From: Camelus ferus
Taxonomy: Eukaryota
Assembly: GCF_009834535.1 (NCBI RefSeq)
Contig: NC_045697.1
Location: 119,042,001-119,106,000, forward strand
Length of the DNA: 64,000 bases
Direction: 5' to 3'
The translations under genes and the position numbers were made by a program. The notes below the pieces were generated by a model, which had not been told where the DNA came from, searched no databases, and saw only the letters and a list, made by a program, of their open reading frames with translations. Shown piece after piece: positions 12,301 through 24,400 of the stretch (the first letter of the stretch is position 1; the number at the start of each line of letters is the position of its first letter).

Positions 12301-15300
12301 TTCTTGTGCCGGTTTGAAATTCATGCAGTGTTCACTGTAATACCGAGTTGGAGATAGTACATGCACATATATATGTATGCAGTGGATTTTGCACCTGAAA
12401 AGATACTTTCTGTTTCCTACAAGCTAGTTGAAGGACGGTTTCACACACACTTATCTCTCAGAACTTAGCATGTGGAGAGACTTTCGTTCATCTAGCACAA
12501 AGGGAACGGGTTGCAGGAGAAACTTTTACTCTGGAATCTCAGTCTTTTCCCTAGTGCCGGTTTGTAGTTCCTGCAGTTTTCACTGTAAAATCGAGTTGGA
12601 GCTATTTCCTCCCCATATAAATGTATGGAGTGGAGTTTACAACTGAAAAGAAACTTTGTGTTCCCAGCAAGCTAGGTGAAGGACGGCTTTCACACACACT
12701 TATCTCTCAGAACTCACCATGTGGAGAGACGTTCATTCATCTAGCACAAAGGGAACGGTTTCCAGGAGAAACTTTTACTGTGGTTCCTCAGTCTGTTTTC
12801 TAGTGCCGGTTTGAAGTTCCTGCAGTTTTCACTGTAAAACCGATTTGGAGCTCGTACCTCCCCATATAAATGTATGGAGTGGAGTTTACAACTGAAAAGA
12901 AACTTTGTGTTCCCAACAAGCTAGGTGAAGGACGGCTTTCACACACACTTATCTCTCATAACTGAGCATGTGGAGAGACGTTCGTTCATCTAGCACAAAG
13001 TGAACGGGTTGCAGGAGAAACTTTTACTCTGGTTTCTCATGCTGTTTCCGAGTGCCGATTTGAATTTCCTGCAGTTTTCACTGTAAAACCGAGTTGGAGC
13101 TAGTACCTCCCCATATATTTTAATGGATTGGAGTTTGTAATTGAAAAGAAATATTGTATTCCCAACAAGCTAGTGAAGGAAGGGTTTCACACACACTTAT
13201 TTCTCAGAACTGAGCATGAGGAGGGACGATCGTTCATCTAGCACAAAGGGAAACTGGTTGAAGGAGAAACTTTTACTCTGATTTCTCAGTCTGTTTCCTA
13301 GTGCCGGTTTGAAGTTCCTCCAGTTTTCACTGTAAAACTGTGTTGGAGCTAGTACTTCCCCGTATACATGTATGGAGTGGAGTTTGCAACAGAAAAGAAA
13401 CTTTGTGTTCCCATCAAGCTAGGTGAAGGGATGCTTTCACACACAATTATTTCTCAGGACTGACCATGAGGAGAGACGTTCGTTCATCTAGCACAAAGGG
13501 AACGGGTTGCAGGAGAAAATTTTTCTCATGGTTCTCAGTGTGTTTCTTAGTGTCGGTTTGAAGTTCCTGCAGTTTTCACTGTAAAATCGAGTTGGAGCTA
13601 GAACCTACCCATATATATGTATGGAGTGGAGTTTGCAACTGAAAAGAAACTTTGTGTTCCCAACAAGCTAGCTGAAGGAAGGCGTTCACACACACATATT
13701 TCTCAGAACTGAGCATGTGAAGGGACTTTCCTTCATCTAGCACAAAGGGAACGGGTTGCAGGAGAAACTTTTACCCTGGATTCTCAGTCTTTTTCCTAGT
13801 GCCGGTTTGAAGTTCCTGCAGTTTTCACTATAAAATAGATTTGGAGCTATAACCTCCCCATATAAATGTATGGAGTCGATTTTGCAACTGAAAAAAAACT
13901 TTGTGTTCCCAACAAGCAAGGTTAAGGACGGCTTTCACACACACTTATTTCTCAGAACAGACCATGAGGAGAGACGTTCGTTCATCTTGCACAAAGGGAA
14001 CGGGTTCCAGGAGAAACTTTTACTGTGGTTCCTCACTCTGTTTTCTAGTGCCGGTTTGAAGTTCATGCAGTTTTCACTGTAAAACAGATTTGGAGCTAGT
14101 ACTTCCCCATATATATGAATGGAGTGGAGTTTGCAACTGAAAAGAAACTATGTGTTCCCTACAAGCAAGGTGAAGGAAGGCTTTCACACACATTTATCAC
14201 TCAGAATTGAGCATATGGAGAGACGTTCTTTCATCTACCACAAATGGAACTGGTTGCAGGAGAAACTTTTTCTCTGGGTTCTCAGTCTGTTTCCTACTGC
14301 CGGTTTGAAGATCCTGCAGTTTTCACTGTAAAACCGAGTTGGAGCTAGTACCTCCCCATATATATGTATGGAGTGGGGTTTGAAACTGAAAAGAATCTTT
14401 GTGTTCCCATCAAGCTAGATGAAGGACGGCTTTCACACACACTTATCTCTCAGAACTGAGCATGTGGAGAGACGTTCGTTCATCTAGCACAAAAGGAACG
14501 TGTTGCAGCAGAAAAAGTTACTGTGGTTTCTCAGTCTGTTTCCTAGGGCCGGTTTGAAGTTCCTGCAATTTTCACTGTAAAACCGAGTTGGAGCTAGTAC
14601 CTCCCCATATATTTCTATGGATTGGCGTTTGCAACTGAAAAGAAACTTTGTGTTCCCAAATAGCTAGTTGCAGTACGGCTTTCACACACACTTATCTATC
14701 AGAACTGAGCATGTGGAGAGACGTTCGTTCTTCTAGCACAAAGGGAACGGGTTGCAGGAGAAACTTTTATTCTGGTTCCACAGTCGGTTTCCTAGTGCCG
14801 GTTTGATGGTCCTGCAGGTTTCACTCTTAAACACATTTGGAGCTACTACCTCCCAATATATATGTATGGATTGGTGTTTGCAACTGAAAAGAAACTTTGT
14901 TTTCCCAACAATCTAGATGAAGGGCGTCTTTCACACACATTTATATCTCAGAACTGAGCATGTGGAGAGACGTTCGTTCTTCTAGCACAAAGGGAACGGG
15001 TTGCAGGAGAAACTTTTACTGTGGTTCCTCAGTCTGTTTTCTAGTGCCGGTTTGAAGTTCCTTCAGTTTTCACTGTAAAACCGAGTTGGAGCTAGTACCT
15101 CCACATACATATGTATGGAGTGGATTTTGCACCTGAAAAGATACTTTCTGTTTCCTACAAGCTAGGTGAAGGACGGTTTCACAAACACTTATCTCTCAGA
15201 CCTGATCATGTGGAGACTTTCGTTCATCTAGCACAAAGGGAATCGGTTGCAGGAGAAACTTTTACTCTGGTTTCTCAGTCTGTTTCCTAGTGCCGGTTTG

Positions 15301-15459
15301 AATTTTCTGCAGTTTTCACTGTAAAGCCGAGTTGGAGCTTGTACCTCCCCATATATATGTATGGAGTGGAGTTTGCAACTGAAATGAAAATTTGTGTTCC
15401 CAACAAGCTAGTTGAAGACGGCATTCACACACACTTATCTCTCAGAACTGAGCATGTGG

Positions 15460-18400
15460 AGAGACGTTCGTTCATCTAGCACCAAGGGAAAGGGTTGCAG
15501 AAGAAACTTTTACTCTGGTTTCTCAGTCTGTTTCCTAGTGCCGGTTTGAATTTTCTGCAGTTTTCACTGTAAAGCCGAGTTGGAGCTTGTACCTCCCCAT
15601 ATATATGTATGGAGTGGAGTTTGCAACTGAAATGAAAATTTGTGTTCCCAACAAGCTAGTTGAAGACGGCATTCACACACACTTATCTCTCAGAACTGAG
15701 CATGTGGAGAGACGTTCGTTCATCTAGAACCAAGGGAAAGGGTTGCAGAAGAAACTTTTAATCTGGTTCTCCGTCTGTTTTCTAGTGCCGGTTTGAAGTT
15801 CCTGCAGTTTTCACTGTAAAACCGAGTTAGAGCTAGTACCTCCAAATATATATGTACGGAGTGGAGTTTGCAACTGAAAAGAAACTTTGTTTTCAAAACA
15901 AGCTATGTGAAGGACGGCTTTCACACACACTTATCTCTCAGAACTGAGCATGTGGAGAGACGTTCGTTCATCTAGCACAAAGGGAACGTGTTGCAGGAGA
16001 AAATTTTACTGTGGTTTCTCAGTCTTTTTCCTAGTGCCATTTTGAAGTTCCTGCAGTTTTCACTTTAAAACCGAATTGGAGCTAGTACCTCCCCATATAT
16101 ATGTATGGAGTGGAGTTTGCACTTGAAAAGTTACTTTGTGTGCCCTACAAGCTAGGTGAAAGACGGCTTTCACACACACTTATCTCTCAGAACTGAGCAT
16201 GTGCAGAGACGTTCGTTCATCTAGCACAAAGGGAATCGGTTGCAGGAGAAACTTTTACTCTTGTTTCTCAGTCTGTTTCCTACTGCCGGTTTGAAGTTCC
16301 TGCAGGTTTCACTGTAAAACCGATTTGCAGCTAGTACCTGCCCATATATATGTATGGAGTGGAGTTTGCTACTGAAAAGAAAATTTGTGTTCAAAACAAC
16401 CTAGGTGAAGGACGGCTTTCACACTCACATATCTCTCAGAACTGAGCATGTGGAGAGAAATTTGTTCATCTAGCACAAAGAGAACTTGTTGCAGGAAAAA
16501 CTTTTACTCTGTTTTCTCAGTCTGTTTCCTAGTGCCAGATTGATAGTCCTGCAGCTTTCACTTTTAAACCGATTTGCAGCTAGTACCTGCCCATATATAT
16601 GTATGGAGTGGAGTTTCCACCTGAAAAGAAATTTGGGTTCCCAACACGCTAGGTGAAGGACGGCTTTCACACACACTTATCTCTCAGAACTGAGCATGTG
16701 GAGAGACGTTCGTTCATCTAGCCCAATAGGAACGGGTTGCAGGAGACACTTTTACTCTGGTTTCTCAGTCTGTTTCCTAGTGCCGTTTTGAAGTTCCTGC
16801 ATTTTTCACTGTTAAACCGAGTTGGAGCAAGTACCACCCCATATATATGTATGGACTGGAGTTTGCAACTAAAAGAAATTTTGTGTTCCCAACAAGCTAG
16901 TTGAAGAACAGCTTTCACAGACACTTATTTCTCAGAAATGAGCATAAGAGACATTCATTCATCTACCACAAACTTAACGGGTTGCAGGAGAAATTTTACT
17001 CTGTTTCCTCAGTCTGTTTCCTAGTGCCGGTTTGAAGTTCCTGCAGTTTTCTCTGTAAAACCGAGTTGGAGCAAGTACCACCTCATATATATGTATGGAG
17101 TGGAGTTTGCAACTGAAAAGAAATTTTGTGTTCCCAACAAGCTAGGTGAAGGACGGCTTTCACACACACTTATCTCTCAAAACTGAGCATATGGAGAGAC
17201 GTTCGTTCTTCTAGCAAAAAGGGAACGGTTTGCAGGAGAAATTTTCACTCTGTTTTCTCAGTCTGTTTCCTAGTGCCGTTTTGAAGTTCCTGCATTTTTC
17301 ACTGTAAAACCGTGTTGGAGCTTCTACCTCCCCATATATATGTATGGAGTGGAGTTTGCAAAGAAAAGAAACTTTGTCTTCCCAAAAAGCTAGGTGAAGG
17401 ACGGCTTTCACACACACTTATCTCTCAAAAGAGAGCAAGTGGAGAGACGTTCGTTCATCTAGTACAAAAGGAAACGGTTGGAGGAGAAACTTTGACTCTG
17501 GTTTCTCAGTCAGTTTCCTAGTGCCGGTTTGAATTTCCTGCAGTTTTCACTGTTAAACCGAGTTGGAGCTAGTACCTCCCCATATATATGTATGGATTGG
17601 CGTTTGCAACTGAAAAGAAACTTTGTGTTCCCAACAAGCTAGTTGAAGAACAGCTTTCACAAACACTTATTTCTCAGAACTGAGTATGTGGAGAGACATT
17701 CGTTCATCTAGCACAAACTTAACGGGTTGCAGGAGAAATTTTACACTGTTTCCTCAGTCTGTTTCCTAGTGCCGGTTTGAAGTTCCTTCACATATCTCTG
17801 TAAAACCGTGTTGGAGCTAGTATCTACTCATATATATGTATGGAGAGGAGTTTGCAACTGAAAAGAAATTTTGTGTTCCCTTCAAGATAGGTGAAGGACG
17901 GCTTTCATACACACATATCTCTCAGAACTGAGCACGTGGAGAGACGTTCGTTCATCTAGCATAAAGGGACCGGGTTGAAGGAGTAACATTTACTGTGGTT
18001 TCTCAGTCTGTTTCCTAGAGCCTGTTTGAAGTACCTACAGTTTTCAATGTAAAACCGAGTTGGAGCTAGTACCTCCCCATATATATGTATGGAGAGGAGT
18101 TTGCAACTGAAAGGAAACTTTGTTTTCCCAACAAGCTAGTTGAAGGACGGCTTTCACTACCACTTATATCTCAGAACTGAGCATGTGGAGAGAAGTTCGT
18201 TCATCTAGCATAAAGGGAACGGGTTGCAGGAGAAACTATTACTCTGGATTCTCAGTCTGTTTCCTAGTGCCGGTTTGAAGTTAATGCAGTTTTCACTGTA
18301 AAACCGAGTTGGAGCTTGTACCTCCCCATATATATGTATGGAGTGGAGTTTGCAACGGAAAAGAAACTTTGTGTTCCCTACAAGCTTGTTGAAGTACGGC

Positions 18401-21400
18401 TTTCACACACATTTATATCTCAGAACTCAGCATGTGGAGAGAAGTTCGTTCATCTAGCACAAAGGGAACAGGTTGCAGGAGAAACATTTACTCTGGATTC
18501 TCAGTCTGTTTCCTAGTGCCGGTTTGAAGTTCCTGCAGTTTTCACTGTAAAATCGAGTTGGAGCTAGTACATCCCCATATATATGTATGGACTCGGGTTT
18601 GCAACTGAAAAGAAACTTTGTGTTCCCAAAAAGCTAGGTGAAGTACGGCTTTCACACACACTTATCCCTCAGAACTGAGCATGTGGAGAGACGTTCGTTC
18701 ATCTAGCACAAAGTGAACGGGTTGCAGGAGAAACTTTTACTCTGGAATCTCAGTCTTTTCCCAAGTGCCGGTTTGAAGTTCCTGCAGTTTTCACTGTAAA
18801 ATCGAGTTGGAGCTATTTCCTCCCCATATAAATGTATGGAGTGGAGTTTACAACTGAAAAGAAACTTTGTGTTCCCAACAAGCTAGGTGAAGGACGGCTT
18901 TCACACACACTTATCTCTCAGAACTGACCATGTGGAGAGACGTTCGTTCATCTAGCACAAAAGGAAACGGTTGGAGGAGAAACTTTGACTCTGGTTTCTC
19001 AGTCAGTTTCCTAGTGCCGGTTTGAATTTCCTGCAGTTTTCACTGTTAAACCGAGTTGGAGCTAGTACCTCCCCATATATATCTATGGATTGGCGTTTGC
19101 AACTGAAAAGAAACTTTGTGTTCCCAACAAGCTAGTTGAAGAACTGCTTTCACAAACACTTATTTCTCAGAACTGAGTATGTGGAGAGACATTCGTTCAT
19201 CTAGCACAAACTTAACGGGTTGCAGGAGAAATTTTACAACTGTTTCCTCCGTCTGTTTCCTTGTGCCGGTTTGAAGTTCCTTCACATATCTCTGTAAAAC
19301 CGTGTTGGAGCTAGTATCTACTCATATATATGTATGGAGTGGAGTTTGCAAACTGAAAAGAAACTTTGTGTTCCCTTCAAGATAGGTGAAGGACGGCTTT
19401 CATACACACATATCTCTCAGAACTGAGCACGTGGAGAGACGTTCGTTCATCTAGCATAAAGGGACCGGGTTGAAGGAGTAACTTTTACTGTGGTTTCTCA
19501 GTCTGTTTCCTAGAGCCTGTTTGAAGTACCTGCAGTTTTCAATGTAAAACCGAGTTGGAGCTAGTACCTCCCCATATATATGTATGGATTGGAGATTGCA
19601 ACTGAAAGGAAACTTTGTGTTCCCAACAAGCTAGTTGAAGGACGGCTTTCACAACCACTTATATCTCAAAACTGAGCATGTGGAGAGACGTTCGTTCATC
19701 TAGCACAAAGGGAACCGGTTGCAGGAGAAACTTTTACTGTGGTTTCTCAGTCTGTTTCCTAGTGCCGCTTTTAAACTCCTGCAGTATTCACTGTTAAACC
19801 GAGTTGGAGCTAGTACCTCCCCATATATATGTATGGATTGGAGATTGCAACTGAAAAGAAACTTTGTGTTCCCAACAAGCTAGTTGAAGGACGGGTTTCA
19901 CACACACTTATATCTCAGAAATGAGCATGTGGAGAGACGTTCGTTCATCTAGCACAAAGGAAACTGGTTGCTGGAGAAACTTTTACTCTGTGTTGTCAGT
20001 CTGTTTTCTAGTTCCGGTTTGAAATTCCTGCAGTTTACACTGTAAAACGGAGTTGGACCTAGTACCTCCCCATATATATGTATGGAGTGGAGTTTGCAAA
20101 TGAAAAGAAACCTTGTGTTCCCTACAAGCTTGTTGAAGGACGGCTTTCACACACATTTATATCTCAGAACTGAGCATGTGGAGAGACGTTTGTTCATCTA
20201 GCACAAAGGGAACAGGTTGCAGGAGAAACATTTACTCTGGTTTCTCAGTCTGTTTCCTTGTGCCGGTTTGAAGTTCTTGCAGTTTTCATTGTAAAACCGA
20301 GTTGGAGCTTGTAACTCCCCATATATATGTATGGAGTGGAGTTTGAAACTGAAAAGAAACTTTGTGTTCCGAACAAGTTAGGTCAAGGACGGCTTTCACT
20401 CACAATTATCTCTCAGAACTCAGCATGTGTAGAGACGTTCGTTCATCTAGCACAAAGGGACCGGTTTGCAGGGGAACTTTTACTGTGGTATCTCAGTCTG
20501 TTTCCTAGTGCCGTTTTGAATTTCCTGCAGTTTTCACTGTTAAAACTAGTTGGAGCTGATACCAACCCATATATATGTATGGAGTGGAGTTTGCAACTGA
20601 AAAGAAACTTTGTATTCCCAACAAGCTAGTTGAAGGAAGGCTTTCACACACAATTATATCTCAGAACTGAGCATGTGGAGAGACGTTCGTTCATCTAGCA
20701 CAAAGGGAAACGGTTGCAGGAGAAACATTTACTCTGGTTTCTCAGTCTGTTTCCTAGTGCCGGTTTGAAGTTCCTGCAGTTTTCACTGTAAAACCGAGTT
20801 GGAGCTTGTACCTCCCCATATATATGTATGGAGTGGAGTTTGCAACGGAAAAGACACTTTGTGTTCCCAACAAACTACGTGAAGGACGGCTTTCACACAC
20901 ACTTATCTCTCAGAACTGAGCATGTGGAGAGAGGTTCGTTCATCTAGCACAAAGGGAACGGGTTGCAGCATAAACATTTACTGCATTTTCTCAGTCTGTT
21001 TCCTAGTGCCGGTTTGAAGTTCCTGCAGTTTTCACTGTAAAACCGAGTTGGAGCTAGTACCTCTCCATATATATGTATGGAGTGGAGTTTGCAACTGAAC
21101 AGAAACTTTGTTTTCCCAACAAGCTAGATAAAGGGCGGCTTTCACACACACTTATCTGTCAGAACTGAGCATGTGGAGAGACGTTCGTTCATCTAGCACA
21201 AAGAGAACGGTTTGCAGGGGAACTTTTACTGTGGTATCTTAGTCTGTTTCCTAGTGTCGTTTTGAATTTCCTGCAGTATTCACTTTTTAACCGAGTTGGA
21301 GCTGATACCACCCCATATATATGTATGGAGTGGAGTTTGCAACTGAAAGAAATTTTGTTTTCCCAACAAGCTAGATAAAGGGTGGCTTTCACACACACAT

Positions 21401-24400
21401 ATCTCTCAGAACTGAGCATGTGGAGGGACGTTCGTTCATCTAGAACAATAGAAAAGGGTTTGCAGCATAAACATATACTGTAGTTTCTCAGTCTGTTTCC
21501 TAGTGCCGGTTTGAAGTTCCTGCAGTTTTCACTGTAAAACAGATTTGGAGCTACTACCTCCCCATATATATGTATGGAGTGGAATTTTCTTCTGAAAAGA
21601 AACTTTGTGTTCCCAAAAAGCTAGGTGAAGGACGGCTTTCACACACACTTATCTCTCACAACTGAGCACGTAAAGAGACGTTTGTTCATCTAGAACCAAG
21701 GGTACGGGTTGCATTAGAAACTTTTACTCTGGATTCTCTGTCTGTTTCCTATTGCTGGTTTGAAGTTCCTGCAGTTTTCACTCTTAAACCGAGTTGGACC
21801 TATAAACGCCCCATATATATGTATGGAGAGGAGTTTGCTACTGAAAATAAACTTTGTGTTCCCAACAAGCTAGGTGAAAGACGGCTTTCACACACACACT
21901 TTTCTCTCAGAACTAAGCATGTGGGGAGACGTTCGTTCATGTAGCAAAAAGGGAACGGGTTGCAGGAGAAACTTTACTCTGGTTTCTCAGTCTATTTCCT
22001 AGTGCCGGTTTGAAGTTCCTGCATTTTCCACTGTAAATCCTAATAGAAGCTAGTACCCACCCCATATATAATTATGGAGTGGAGTTTGCAACTGAAAAGA
22101 AACTTTGTGTTCCCTACAATCTAGGTGAAGGACGGCTTTCACACACTTAACTCTCAGAAATGAGCATGTGGAGAGACGTCCGTACATCTAGCACAAAGGG
22201 ATCGGGTTGTAGGGGAAACTTTTACTATGGTTTCTCAGTCTGTTTCCTAGTTCGGTTTTGAAGTTCCTGCAGTTTTCACTGAAAAACCAATTTGGAGCTA
22301 GTACATCCCCATATATATTTACACAGTGTAGTTTTCAACTGAAATGAAAATTTGTGTTCCCAACAAGCTAGTTGAAGACGCATTCACACACACTTATCGC
22401 TCAGAACTGAGCATGTGGAGAGACGTTCGTTCATCTAGCACCAAGGGAACGGGTTGCAGGAGAAACTTTTACTCTAGTTTCTCCGTCTGTTTTCTAGTGC
22501 CGGTTTGAAGTTCCTGCACTTTTCACTGTAAAACCGAGTTGGAGCTAGAACCTCCCCATATATATGTACGGAGTGGAGTTTGCAACTGAAAAGAAACTTT
22601 GTGTTCAAAACAAGCTATGTGAAGGACGGCTTTCACACACACTTATCTCTCAGAACTGAGCATGTGGAGAGACGTTCGTTCATCTAGCACCAAGGGAAAG
22701 GGTTGCAGAAGAAACTTTTACTCTGGTTTCTCAGTCTGTTTCCTAGTGCCGGTTTGAATTTTCTGCAGTTTTCACTGTAAAGCCGAGTTGGAGCTTGTAC
22801 CTCCCCATATATATGTATGGAGTGGAGTTTGCAACTGAAATGAAAATTTGTGTTCCCAACAAGCTAGTTGAAGACGGCATTCACACACACTTATCTCTCA
22901 GAACTGAGCATGTGGAGAGACGTTCGTTCATCTAGAACCAAGGGAAAGGGTTGCAGAAGAAACTTTTAATCTGGTTTCTCCGTCTGTTTTCTAGTGCCGG
23001 TTTGAAGTTCCTGCAGTTTTCACTGTAAAACCGAGTTAGAGCTAGTACCCTCCAAATATATATGTACGGAGTGGAGTTTGCAACTGAAAAGAAACTTTGT
23101 TTTCAAAACAAGCTATGTGAAGGACGGCTTTCACACACACTTATCTCTCAGAACTGAGCATGTGGAGAGACGTTCGTTCATCTAGCACAAAGGGAACGTG
23201 TTGCAGGAGAAAATTTTACTGTGGTTTCTCAGTCTTTTTCCTAGTGCCGTTTTGAAGTTCCTGCAGTTTTCACTTTAAAACCGAATTGGAGCTAGTACCT
23301 CCCCATATATATGTATGGAGTGGAGTTTGCACTTGAAAAGTTACTTTGTGTGCCCTACAAGCTAGGTGAAAGACGGCTTTCACACACACTTATCTCTCAG
23401 AACTGAGCATGTGCAGAGACGTTCGTTCATCTAGCACAAAGGGAATCGGTTGCAGGAGAAACTTTTACTCTTGTTTCTCAGTCTGTTTCCTACTGCCGGT
23501 TTGAAGTTCCTGCAGGTTTCACTGTAAAACCGATTTGCAGCTAGTACCTGCCCATATATATGTATGGAGTGGAGTTTGCTACTGAAAAGAAAATTTGTGT
23601 TCAAAACAACCTAGGTGAAGGACGGCTTTCACACTCACATATCTCTCAGAACTGAGCATGTGGAGAGAAATTTGTTCATCTAGCACAAAGAGAACTTGTT
23701 GCAGGAAAAACTTTTACTCTGTTTTCTCAGTCTGTTTCCTATTGCCAGATTGATAGTCCTGCAGCTTTCACTTTTAAACCGATTTGCAGCTAGTACCTGC
23801 CCATATATATGTATGGAGTGGAGTTTCCACCTGAAAAGAAATTTTGGGTTCCCAACACGCTAGGTGAAGGACGGCTTTCACACACACTTATCTCTCAGAA
23901 CTGAGCATGTGGAGAGACGTTCGTTCATCTAGCCCAATAGGAACGGGTTGCAGGAGACACTTTTACTCTGGTTTCTCAGTCTGTTTCCTAGTGCCGTTTT
24001 GAAGTTCCTGCATTTTTCACTGTTAAACCGAGTTGGAGCAAGTACCACCCCATATATATGTATGGACTGGAGTTTGCAACTAAAAAGAAATTTTGTGTTC
24101 CCAACAAGCTAGTTGAAGAACAGCTTTCACAGACACTTATTTCTCAGAAATGAGCATAAGAGACATTCATTCATCTACCACAAACTTAACGGTTTGCAGG
24201 AGAAATTTTACTCTGTTTCCTCAGTCTGTTTCCTAGTGCCGGTTTGAAGTTCCTGCAGTTTTCTCTGTAAAACCGAGTTGGAGCAAGTACCACCTCATAT
24301 ATATGTATGGAGTGGAGTTTGCAACTGAAAAGAAATTTTGTGTTCCCAACAAGCTAGGTGAAGGACGGCTTTCACACACACTTATCTCTCAAAACTGAGC

